From Octopus bimaculoides (taxonomy: Eukaryota), in the NCBI RefSeq assembly GCF_001194135.2, contig NC_068982.1, forward strand, positions 122,450,239 through 122,486,686: a stretch of 36,448 nt of DNA, read 5' to 3'. Numbering within the stretch: position 1 is the stretch's first letter; the number at the start of each line of letters is the position of its first letter. The notes under the pieces were generated by a model. It was not told the origin of the DNA and made no database searches. It was given only the letters and a program-made list of their open reading frames with translations. Shown in pieces: positions 10,903 through 21,726 of the stretch. The position numbers and the translations under genes are program-made.

Positions 10903-11380
10903 ATCATCATCATCATCTTCGTTTTAATGTCCGCTTTCCATGCTAGCATGGGTTGGACGATTTGACTGAGGACTGGTGAAACCGGATGGCAACACCAGGC
11001 TCCAGTCTGATTTGGCAGAGTTTCTACAGCTGGATGCCCTTCCTAACGCCAACCACTCAGAGAGTGTAGTGGGTGCTTTTACGTGTCACCCGCACGAAAA
11101 CGGCCACGCTCGAAATGGTGTCTTTTATGTGCCACCCGCACAAGCCAGTCCAGGGGCACTGGCAACGATCTCGCTCGAAAATCCTACGGGAGCCAGTCAG
11201 GCGGTACTGGCAACGGCCACGCTCAAAATGGTGCATCTCATGTGCCACCCGCACAAGAACCAGTCCAGGGGCACTGGCAACGATCTTACTTGGCTTGCCG
11301 GGTCTTCTCACGCACAGCACATTTCCAAAGGTCTCGGTCAGCAGTCATTGCCTCGGTGAGGCCCAATGTACGAAGGTCTT
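10903..11380 (-). mobile_element. Second RTE-clade LINE 3' end, opposite orientation
   Basis: Reverse complement gives DLRTLGLTEAMTADRDLWKCAVREKTRQAK*, then UTR and (GAT)n tail. Confidence 0.88.
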
Positions 11381-11468
11381 ATATATATTATAATGGAATA
11401 AATACTATGAAGCGTTGTGTAGAATATATTGTATAAAGGATCGTGGGTAAGGCCAAAACAATGTGAAG

Positions 11469-11692
11469 TAAATGCAAGGTAGATCACAAGTAAACAAGTA
11501 TGTGAATTAATGTAGATTTACCTTGTATTCAATATTTCGGGGTTAAGACCCCATTTTCAAGAAATAGACGAATATTGTCAGCAACATTTATTATCTATTT
11601 CTTGAAAATGGGGTCAGAACCAGAAATATTGAATACAAGGTAAATCTACATTAATTCACATACTTGTTTTCTTGTGATTTACCTTGCATTTA
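11469..11692. repeat. Long near-perfect inverted repeat (~105-bp arms, ~14-nt spacer), probably Penelope-derived
   Basis: Arm 11469-11574 matches the reverse complement of 11589-11692 with about 8 differences by hand alignment. Confidence 0.95.
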
Positions 11693-12753
11693 TATATATA
11701 TATATATATTCAATGATAAAATATAGCAAAAATCAGTATTCTAATTAACTTGTAGCCATACCTTAGCTGCTCTTCTTGTTAGTGACTTTATCTTATCTTA
11801 AACTGACACAAAACTTGTTCTCCTTACATCAAGGTTCGACAAGAACAAAATAAACGAATAAATAAATAAGCAAACAAATGAAGGAATGAATAAATAAATA
11901 GATGAATGAATGAATAAATAAATAAATGAATAAAATTAAAGAAGAAATTTGCTTTCTTAAGGAAAGGAAAATAAGAAAAAGTTTGACCTTTCTCTAGCTG
12001 TTATTACTTACCCAGACTTACAACAATTCCAATATGCTGTCCTACAAAAATCTACACATACACACATCAACAAAATAAAAAGTAGTTTAAACCAATAAAT
12101 GATTGCTATAAGAAAGAAAGTTTCATTTATGAAGTTCTCTGACCTGAATACATTGTTTTCCTTTAATTAATTTGTAACATAGAAACATAGAAACCTCTGT
12201 TATTACATAATTCTAACATAATCTTTTAATGTATTTTAATTGATTTTCTAGTCTTTTTTTTTTTACATTTACACTTGCATACTTTTTTTTGCCAAAGTAG
12301 GAACACATGAAATTATAATTTTTGTCTTCAGAGTTAGTTGCTGAGTGAAGAGAAGGACAAATTGTAAAAAGAAGCTAACATGTTTGTGCGTGAAGCTATA
12401 GGAGAAATCAGTAAAGGATGTTGGACACTTCAGAGGCTTTTGCTAAATTCTTAAAAGCATGTGAATGGATTGAAGCAGTAGCTTTTCTTTTCCCTTTCTT
12501 CTAAATCAGAAGAAAGAGAGAGAGAGGGAGGGAGGGAGGGAGATTGTGTGTGAGTGTACATGTACATATATAAAGGTGGTTTGGACTAAATTTGATGATT
12601 TTTTTTTTTGTCACCTGTTTTCAGGAACAGTTTAATGTATTGATGAACAGTTAACAACATTGGAGAGCATAAAAATTAAAAGTGTAGTTGGGAAAAAGTT
12701 GGCTGACAGAGTGCTGGAAGCCATCTGATTTTTGGAAAAGAGTTACCTGTGCC

Positions 12754-13323
12754 ATGATGATTCACACCAGGTATCAAAATGCCAATGTCATGACTGTTAC
12801 TCAATGCTCTGTGAACACTATAAAAGCTATAAGATGTGAGATGGATAGCTACAATGGGGTCTATGAAGCTGTAGACAGCAGGAAGGGATACATCAGGCAT
12901 TCTGACTGCATCTGCTCATCAGAATTCAACACTGCGTCTTTGAACAGGGCCTTAGGCTCAATTCAGATGACTATGTAAAGCTATGGGAAACTGTGGTCAG
13001 TCCTTGGTCAGAGAGGGTTGTTACTGGAAGGCCATATGCATGGCAATGGGATTCTCCAGCTTCTGGCCATACTTCCAGAAAGAGTTAAAATGTAGTTGTC
13101 GGAGAATTTCTACAACTTCACCAGCCCCAGTTTCTGGCCTCGTAATTCCCAATTGTAATCCCATGGATTTCTATGGGTGAGTCACAGTTGAGAAAGACAC
13201 CCACTGTTCTGCTTGCACCACCAAGGCCAAGATCAAGGCGGTGTTTGAAGATCTTCCTAGAGATGCAAGTTCTGGTGTCATCTTGAGGCCATCATAGAAG
13301 CTAAGGATAGCTACTTTGAGTAA
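12754..13323 (+). pseudogene. Internally deleted, frameshifted Tc1/mariner-superfamily transposase, maT/DD37D-like
   Basis: N-terminus MMIHTRYQNANVMTVTQCSVNTIKAIRCEM...SSEF joins directly to HCVFEQGLRLNSDDYVKLWETVVSPW...GRPYAWQWDS, then PNCNPMDFY...VEKDT and EAKDSYFE*. The DD37D assignment rests on recalled family motifs. Confidence 0.8.
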
Positions 13324-15099
13324 ATTGTTATCTCTCAACCATAATCTAGTTGATATTTTTTGATTTCTAAAAATATTTTTATTTTTGGATGGGATATTGT
13401 GTTTCCTTTCTCCTTTTTATGCAAACTGCCAAATTTAGGGAGTAATGGAAGAGAAACAATAATATGTATGTATGTCAGGTAACTTGTGAGCATTTAATCC
13501 TGTACAACCTGCTGCATAGCTAGGTCATTGGCAACTAAACTGGCAGCTCCACTAAGCTTGTTTAGTGAGGAGGGTAACTGGACACCCTGCAGGAGGAAAA
13601 ACAAAACCTGTCATTAAAGTCAACAACCATCTAATTCTGTGCACACATGTTTGGTCCTGCTATTTCTCATAGACAGAGGTAATTTCTGCAGCATTCATTG
13701 ACAAATTGATGATTTTGGTGCAGAAAACACAGTGGCTGTGCAGAGGATTGACTCATTTACAACAGGTTCAATCAGCAAAGAATCATGAGAATGAGAATGT
13801 AGGCATGATGTTACCACATTACTGAGAGTCAGTGACCCCTAGTCCTTGTTACATCTCTCCAGAAGGAAAACTCTAATGTAAAACCTGTGCTTAAATCACA
13901 GCCAATGATGTCGACTAGTTTTTTTTTGGCAGGGAGGGGATCTGTCATCTTGTGTTCAGCTAATGGGATTGGTTGTGTGCAAGGCCTCTCTTAATTTTAA
14001 AAAGCATCATGCACAGCTATCACTTGATGTACTGGTATTGTTCTCTTATACTCAAGAATGAAAAAGCAGCTTTCATATATATGTTTCTGCACACTTGAAC
14101 CACCATATTGCAGAACATATGCCTGCTCATAGAATTAGCATGTAAACAGCTGAGAATTCCACAGACAAATATATCCTTAATGCATTCCTTAAACAGAATT
14201 AGAACCACAATAGTGTGTGACAAGGCTGTTGGTTATTGTTGAGTGTATTTCAGTGCATTTCCTTGAAATTTATGTAATTGCGACAAAGATGACTTCATGG
14301 TAGAAATTTTTGTTGATTTTATATAGGTTTATGTCCTTGTTAGATTTGACAAGGATTTTGTTTGACTTTTTTATAGTGACTAATTTTGTTTGTTACAAGC
14401 TTTTGAAATGAGGGATTGAAGTTTCAGAATTTTACCACACAGCCACACCTGTTGCTGTCGTCATCATCATCATCATCATCATCATTGTCTTCATTGTTGA
14501 CAGCAGCAGCAGCAGGAGCACCATTTAATGTCTGTTTTCCTTGCTGGCATGGGATGGATATTTCCACAGGAACTGGCAAGTCAGAAGATTGTACCAAACT
14601 CTGTGGTGTGTTTTGACATGGTTTCTATGGCTCAATGCCCTTCCTAATGCTTGTGTAACATAAATTTTAAGAACAGATATTTTGACAATTCAAATTTAAC
14701 AAGAATATCTTCAGATTTTTTGTCCAGAGATTTTCTTGAAGTAATTAGTCTGCCTTGCTCATCAATTAAGGTCTTTAATTTCTTTTGTAACCAAGTTATC
14801 TTACTTCCTGGAATACAATACTATATACACACCAACACTCCTTATCTTAGCTTAGTACAACATGTTACATAACTTTGATTATATTGTTTATGCTTACATC
14901 TAGTCAAATAGAAGAAGTGCCTCAAAACCTGATCAGTTGGTAACATAGTTCCTGATGTGCAGGCAATATATTTTTGATAAACTTCCAACAATTTTATCTG
15001 TTGAAATCATTTTCCTCATATACAGAAATTCAAATTTTAAGGTGATGAATTTTAATCCAAACTATTTCTAATATATACTGCTATAATATTATCATAATC

Positions 15100-15345
15100 G
15101 TCATCATTTTTACATCCACTTACCCATGTTCAAACTGGTCTGGCAGAATTTTGTTGGGGTGGATTTTCTACTATTGGATACCCTTCCTGTCACCAACCTT
15201 CATCTGCTTCTGAATAAGGCACTATTTCACCATAACTAGACATGCCTTCTCAGAAGATTGAGAATGAAGGACACCACTTACCTGATAGTGACACTCATTT
15301 ACAACTATCACATCTTGTCAAAGCCAGAAGACGGGAACACACTTA
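15100..15345 (-). mobile_element. SINE 3' half with RTE-like tail (tail type B)
   Basis: Similar to 24610-24840 (ccttcctgtcaccaacc...gtgacactca...ttacaactatca). Confidence 0.6.
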
Positions 15346-15432
15346 TACATACACACATGCACACATGCACACATATATATGTACACACACACACACACCA
15401 TATATATGTGTAAGTATAAATATATATATATA

Positions 15433-15513
15433 NNNNNNNNNNNNNNNNNNNNNNNNNNNNNNNNNNNNNNNNNNNNNNNNNNNNNNNNNNNNNNNNNNNN
15501 NNNNNNNNNNNNN
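15433..15513. other. Assembly gap (81 N)
   Basis: Run of N inside (AT)n. Confidence 0.99.
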
Positions 15514-15619
15514 ATATATATACATACATAAGTTCATGCATATCCATTAATCGTCACATTTTATTTATTTTATTCAAGTTTGTCATTTCGTTAATTCATT
15601 CTCTAAATACTACCATAGT

Positions 15620-15734
15620 ATAGAAACTCTGCCAAATCAGATTAGAGCTTTGTGTAGCCACCTGGTCCACCAGTCCTCAGTCAAACAGTCCAACCCATGC
15701 TAGCATGGAAAGCAGACGTTAAACGATGATGATG
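15620..15734 (+). mobile_element. Short RTE 3' tail
   Basis: tagaaactctgccaaatcagatt...catggaaagcagacgttaaacgatgatgatg. Confidence 0.8.
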
Positions 15735-16257
15735 TTTTGAATTAATCATGACTCATTTCATAGCTTTTAGATTTTGATGATTCGATTGTCTATGTTTAAA
15801 ATGACATTCTAGAATAGGTGTGAGAGGCCAGATCTGGCCAGTTTGAACATAAAACAAATAGAATATTTTGGCTGGATATAGCTTGGCAACTTTTGTAGAT
15901 TTGATTATGTTCCAGTAACTTAGAGGTTCAGCAAAAAAGACCAATAACATAAGAACCAGACTTAACAAAATAAGTACTGGGGTTGATTTGTTTGACTAAA
16001 CCCTTCAAAGTAGTGCATCAGCATGGCCACAAGCATAGCCACAATGCAGTCACTGAAACAAAAAAGAAAAAGAAGTATAGTGGTATTTCATATGGAAAGG
16101 AATATGTCAAACTTTAAAATATCTTGACAGTGGAGTGGATAACCAATGTCTGGTGAAAAAAGGATTTTGTATTTTAAATTTTCAAAAAAGGTTCTCCCAA
16201 AACTGAGGTGCATCTTATAAGTTTATGTGACTTATAAACTATCAAATGCAGTAGTTT

Positions 16258-16415
16258 AATATATAGATATACCAATACTGACAATTTAGTATATAGATGT
16301 ACCAACAGTGGCATAGATTAATGTGTAGATGTACCAACAGTGACATAAGTTAATATATGGGTGTACCAACAGGGAATAGTTTAATATATCGGTGTACCAA
16401 TAGTAATATAGTTTA
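16258..16415. repeat. Minisatellite, about five diverged ~30-31-bp units
   Basis: Recurring atatagatgtaccaacagtg core. Confidence 0.8.
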
Positions 16416-17334
16416 CTATATATTCATCTATTGGAGTGATGAGGACCACATAGTCATCCTTATAGATGACTGATGACGTATGTGATAACTTTGTTGAAAT
16501 TGTAAAATAGTTGTACACTGTCAACCTCACACTCATGTCTGTGACCATCCTCGATTTAGTAACAAGGCCAGATCGAGATACCTTGAGGGATGGAGACAGA
16601 TGCAGTGGATCACCAAATGTTTTACTTGCCTCAGTTTGCAGTCTGCATCCCACAATGCACTGCTGCAGCCACCTTCCCTGCCATTGAATGATTAAGGTTT
16701 CTTCTGCAGAGTTCACAGGACTCAGTCTTCTCAAGTATCGCTAGACAAGTCCTAATAGGCTAATTAACCCTTGACTGAGACCCTGACACTTGCTACTACA
16801 ATGAGTCAGAGTAGATCTGGGAACGATAGTGGCTAAAGGGTGGTTCCACACTTCTCAAAACCCTGGAACTCCTGAACAAAGGCTTCACTGCCAGATGCAG
16901 TTTAAAGTCATGCCTAACACAAGTTTACTATACAGATGTAACAACAGAGACATAGTTTGATATGGAAATGTGTGAGCTGTGACAGTGTTGAGAAATATAT
17001 TTGTGACAGTTTATGTGGGAAATTTTTTCATATAGTTCCAGTTAAAATTGAAACTATAAGAGAGAAACATATTTGGAGACCTTTCTATCAGTTGGTAAAT
17101 TATTCTATGTTCTTTTGTTATTTTGTGACATTATCTTTATAGAGCACAAGACTATGATCTGATTTATTGTAAGTTTTCTATCTGATCACAACCAGCCCAA
17201 CCAGATTAAATCGTCATGGTTATAAAACTGATGGTGAGTGTCACATAGAAGAGAAAGATAATCTGGATTTAAAACTGTTTTCTGTTTTCAATTGTGTAGG
17301 TCTCACACAATACATTCAAAAGTATCAAAAGTCC

Positions 17335-17550
17335 TTTCCAAGCCATAAGCTCATAAGGCCAGATTCTGTGGTGTATATAGTCCTCTCCTGCACAGGGTGC
17401 TGGTTCATCATGGAATAACTTATTTTTGGCACTGGGGCAGTGTGAAATGAAGTGTCTTGCTCAAGAACACAATGCATCATTTGATCCAGGAATTGGAGTC
17501 ACCGTCATAAGTGCAATATCTTATCTACTGAGCCATATACCTCCACACAC
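17335..17550 (-). mobile_element. tRNA-derived SINE (third family), uninterrupted copy
   Basis: Collinear with the split copy at 25680-25736 plus 26593-26777. Confidence 0.65.
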
Positions 17551-19458
17551 AGTATAGTACAAGTACTTGATTTATTGATTTCAGAAATATGAAGGACGTA
17601 GGGGATATTGGTAGATTTAGAACTGCAGCATTATTCAGGCAAATGCTGTATCATTCCTGCAAAAGTCACAATGGACATACAGTTTGATTAAAGAGAGAAT
17701 GAGAGTGAATGAGAAGGGGAGAGAGAGAATGAGAGAGAGAGAGAGTAAAAAAAAAAGAGAATGAAAGGTTGAAAAGGAAAGTAAGAAAGAAAGGAAATTA
17801 CAAAGTCAAAATTTAAGTAAGTTAAAAATCCTAGAATTAAATTCCTTAGATTTTCTTCATGACAATGAAGGCACAGGTGGCAAAAATGTAAGGTGAGAAT
17901 GTAAGATGAGAACTAGGTAAAGCTATTCATAAGGTAAAGCTATTTTTTAAGGTAGATAAGAACTGGGTAAAGATATTTTTTAAGCTTACAACAAATAAGA
18001 ATCAGAGTATTGGAAGGTCAAGAGAATCATAGGATATTGTTGTTAATAATGACTTAACAATGCCATGGAATGTTAGCATGATATTCAGCTAAAAATATTA
18101 CATTTTCCTTGTTAAATATATCTTTTGCTATGCAAGCTCAGGTAGGTTGTTTTCAAACAAATTTGCATATTGTGGAAACATTTGAATTTACAGCTGGAAT
18201 GTCTACTTACAACTATGTCCTACAAATGTGCAGGAGTGGAAGTGAATTGTAAACTGGACAAATCAAAGAAAGCAATAGATATATTTTTGAAACAGAATCA
18301 TACCACAATGGTTTTACTGATGAAAGGTTAAACTTATGATTATGCAGTCAGTACTGCAGAGAATGACCAAAGCTTTAGGAAGTAGGTTGATTTGATTTAA
18401 TAAATGAGCCTATGGATGTGACTAATGAGTCTGATAATAATTTTAGATAGTTTACTTTTGAATGTGGTTTTATCATATTTCATATCTACTGCACAATAAA
18501 ATTTCATTCACTAATATCAGTCATCTTTGATAAGAGATTTTAACCCTAGTGGTCACACAATCTATTAGAAATAGACTCTACCATCTTCTAAAAGGGCACA
18601 TTAGTTGATACAGGTGTACACTATTCCAGAAAAGAAAAAGGACCTAGCATAGGCTGACTAGGGCTAAACAATTATAACAATTAACAAATCATCATGCTCC
18701 AATTTTTTTTTAACCTAAAATGATTGTTTTCATTGTGTAACTTCGCAATTTTCCATATATATTGAATCAATTTTTTTCTGTAACAGTTGGATACAGTTTC
18801 TACTGCTAACCAGTCAACTGTAAAATAGGAGACTATTTTTATTAGCCAGGCAAACTGAAAATTTCCGAGCACTGAAGCTGGCACATTAAAATAGTATAAG
18901 ACTTGCAGTAAGGCCTAAATTCATGACTGTGGTTCTTGATCCAGAATCTAAAACATTACATTTGCATGAAAAGGTATTATGAGCATCAAAAGCCCCTGAT
19001 ATAAAGTCGTTTATACAGACTTAAGTTATCCAAATCAACATAAGATCTCTGATGTTAAAGTCAAAGTGAAGATCAGCTATGATGGTTTTGTCTTATCAAA
19101 TTAATTTTCCAAACAAATTTTAAAATCCTATCAACAATATTCAAGGAAGCATGTTGATGGAGTTGATAGAGCATCTGATGAAACATGCATTAAGTATTTA
19201 GTATTGCTGCCTACATTTGGAATTCAAATGTTTCTGAAGTCACTTTTGCTTCTGAGTTTGATAAATTGGAAATAACAACCAGAAATAGACATCGACTGAT
19301 TTAAATAATAAAGGCTCCTCTTGTCAAAAAAATGATCTTGTGCCTAGTCAAAAGATAACCTTTTGCTTTGTAGAAACATAACCTCTTGTTTTAAAAAGAT
19401 GACCATGTGTCTGGTAATAATATGACCTTATCCTTAATCAAAAATGGTCTTGTACCCA

Positions 19459-19823
19459 GTCAAATTATGGCTTTGTGTTTTGTTAAAAATGACTGTGCCT
19501 AGTCAAAAGATGGCCATGTCCATTGCCAAAAGAAATTAAAAAAATAAACAGAAGTAAGCATTTATCAATCTCTGCTACCCGACACTAATCAAGACTATGA
19601 GACTTATAACCAAGACAATTGAATATGTCAAATTATGGCTTTGTGTTTTGTTAAAAGATGACTGTGCCTAGTCAAAAGATGGCCTTGTCTATTGCCAAAA
19701 AAACATAATAAATAAATAAATAAACAGAAGTAAGCTGTTATCAATCTCTGCTACCTGACACTAATCAAGACTATGAGACTTATAACCAAGACAATGAGAC
19801 TTATAACCAAGACAATTGAATAT
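19459..19823. repeat. Tandem duplication of a ~168-bp unit
   Basis: Units start with gtcaaattatggctttgtg at 19459 and 19627; unit 2 has an extra atgagacttataaccaagaca duplication. Confidence 0.95.
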
Positions 19824-20670
19824 TTAATACACCAATATTCTTGTGCTCAATAGAGAGAGACAATGAATATAGAATTATGTAACAGCTGATAGAAAGGTCT
19901 CCAGGGGTGTTTCTCACTTATGGTTTCATTTTTCATAAAAAGCAGAGAAAATTTTTCTGTAAGTCAAACTATGATGGAATGTCTACATAGTCTTTAAAAC
20001 TTGTTACAAATAGCTATGAAATCACTCTTAAATTACATTATGCTATCTTAAAAAGGAAGAAAACATTGGATAATGTGGTCCTGGATTATTTTTGTGCCAA
20101 GGAAAAAGATGATATATTCATCGATAGATTGCCTTTCATCTCAGGTGTAAACCTATGACACAGCAACCTTAGCAGAAATGTTGCTTTTGTGAAAGAGTAC
20201 AATATCAAGACACAAATGGAAAGACAAATGTATATCACACACCCAAGTACACACACACACACACATACACACACATTGAGCAAGACACTTCATCTCACAT
20301 TGCTCTGCAGTCACTTTAACACTTGATGAGTGGTACACTGTGCACCTGTTCAGGCAATGTCGATTTGATGGAGGAAGTGAGCTAATGTATGGCACAAACT
20401 TTTGATCACTATAAACAAATCCTTTATGCAGGCTGTTCAGCAAAAGCTGAATGCTCAAACATCTTCAATGGGAGAGTGCATATTATTATGTAGTTAGGGT
20501 TATAATCCAAGCTGTGTCCCCTTGAAGCATATCTGCTTATTCCAGTATTCCAAAATCATATGTAGATGCTATATTTGTGTGAGGTATGCATAAGAATTTT
20601 AATATACAGGAAAATACTTTTTGATGAGTAATTATATATAAAAACAGGACATTGTAAAAACATTTTTGGT

Positions 20671-20786
20671 ATTACAGATGTTGCATTTGCTAATAGAAGT
20701 TACAAAATTGTACATGTAGGAGAAACATGTAAGACATCTACATGTACAATTTTGTAACTCTTATTAGCAAATGGAACATGCGTAAT
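20671..20786. repeat. Near-perfect hairpin: 42-bp stem, 18-nt loop
   Basis: 20678-20719 versus reverse complement of 20738-20779 gives 39/42 matches, extendable by 5 bp after two mismatches. Confidence 0.95.
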
Positions 20787-21040
20787 GGTAAATAAATAAT
20801 ATCAAAAAAAAACTTTTCCAATCTCCTGTTTTGATATGTAATTACTCTGCAAAAAATATTTTCCAGTATTTTCCAACTCTTATATGTATGTATATATGTA
20901 TGGGTATGTGTGTGTGTGTGTTTACAGGTGAGTGGACAAACAAAAGAAAGAAGCACTCAATACATATAATATTATTTAAAACAGATTGGTTCAACCCTAT
21001 GCAACTTAAAGTTTCATAGATTTCGCACATATGTATATAA

Positions 21041-21437
21041 GCAGTGGCTGTGTCGTAAGTAGCTTGCTTACCAACCACATGGTTCCGGGTTCAGTCCTAC
21101 TGCATGGCACCTTGGGCAAATGTCTTCTACTGTAGCCTCAGGCTGACCAAAGCCTTGTGAGTGGATTTGGTAGACGGAAACTGAAAGAAGCATGTCGTAT
21201 ATGTGTGTGGTGTGTGTGTGTGTGTGTGTTTGTGTGCCTGTGTTTGTCCCCCCACCATTGCTTGACAACTGATGCTGGTGTGTTTATGTTCTTGTAACTT
21301 AGCAGTTTGGCAAAAGTGCTCAATAGAATAAGTACTAGGCTTACAAAGAGTAAGTCCTGCGGTTGATTTGCTCCACTAAAGATGGTACTCTAACATGGCC
21401 ACAGTCAAATGACAAACAAATAAAAGAATAAAAGAAT
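21041..21437 (+). mobile_element. Full-length tRNA-derived SINE: head, CORE-like segment, central (TG)n, tail type A
   Basis: A-box-like gtggctgtgtcgtaag, B-box-like gggttcagtcc, accttgggcaaatgtc core, terminal aaaagaataaaagaata. Confidence 0.85.
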
Positions 21438-21454
21438 ATATATATATATACATA

Positions 21455-21674
21455 CAGGGAGTGGCAGAAGTAACACCCATTTTACATTTAATAGCTTTTA
21501 TTATATATAAATATTTATTAAGTCATTTTTTATTAAACACAAATCTATTGCATTACTTAAAGAAACGAATAATAAACTAATGAAAAAAATTGCAGAAGTT
21601 TTAGAAAGTAAAAAAGAAACTCAATTAGAAACTAGAAAATTCAAATACTAAAGGGCCTTACTTCTGCCACACCC

Positions 21675-21676
<2 letters not shown>
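21455..21676. mobile_element. Tc1/mariner-type MITE (222 bp)
   Basis: TIRs cagggagtggcagaagtaa / ttacttctgccacaccctg (18/19), TA on both sides, AT-rich interior. Confidence 0.9.

Positions 21677-21720
<44 letters not shown>

Positions 21721-21726
<6 letters not shown>

Noticed and set aside
10216-11436. Multiple overlapping 70-140 aa ORFs on both strands
   Set aside because: They lie in GC-richer, repetitive RTE 3' UTRs; only the RT fragment and the ORF2 C-terminus are real coding relics.
13530-13910. GC-richer block resembling a LINE 5' region (similarly 16430-16920)
   Set aside because: Too decayed to assign; no diagnostic endonuclease or RT motif could be read.
16258-16415. ~30-bp periodic repeats as a possible CRISPR array; likewise the RTE UTR sub-repeats
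   Set aside because: Units are contiguous and diverged with no unique spacers, there are no cas genes, and the context is eukaryotic.
21041-21110. tRNA-like sequence with A/B boxes (also at 5189, 29641, 33155)
   Set aside because: These are SINE heads continuing into SINE bodies; I could not fold a full cloverleaf.
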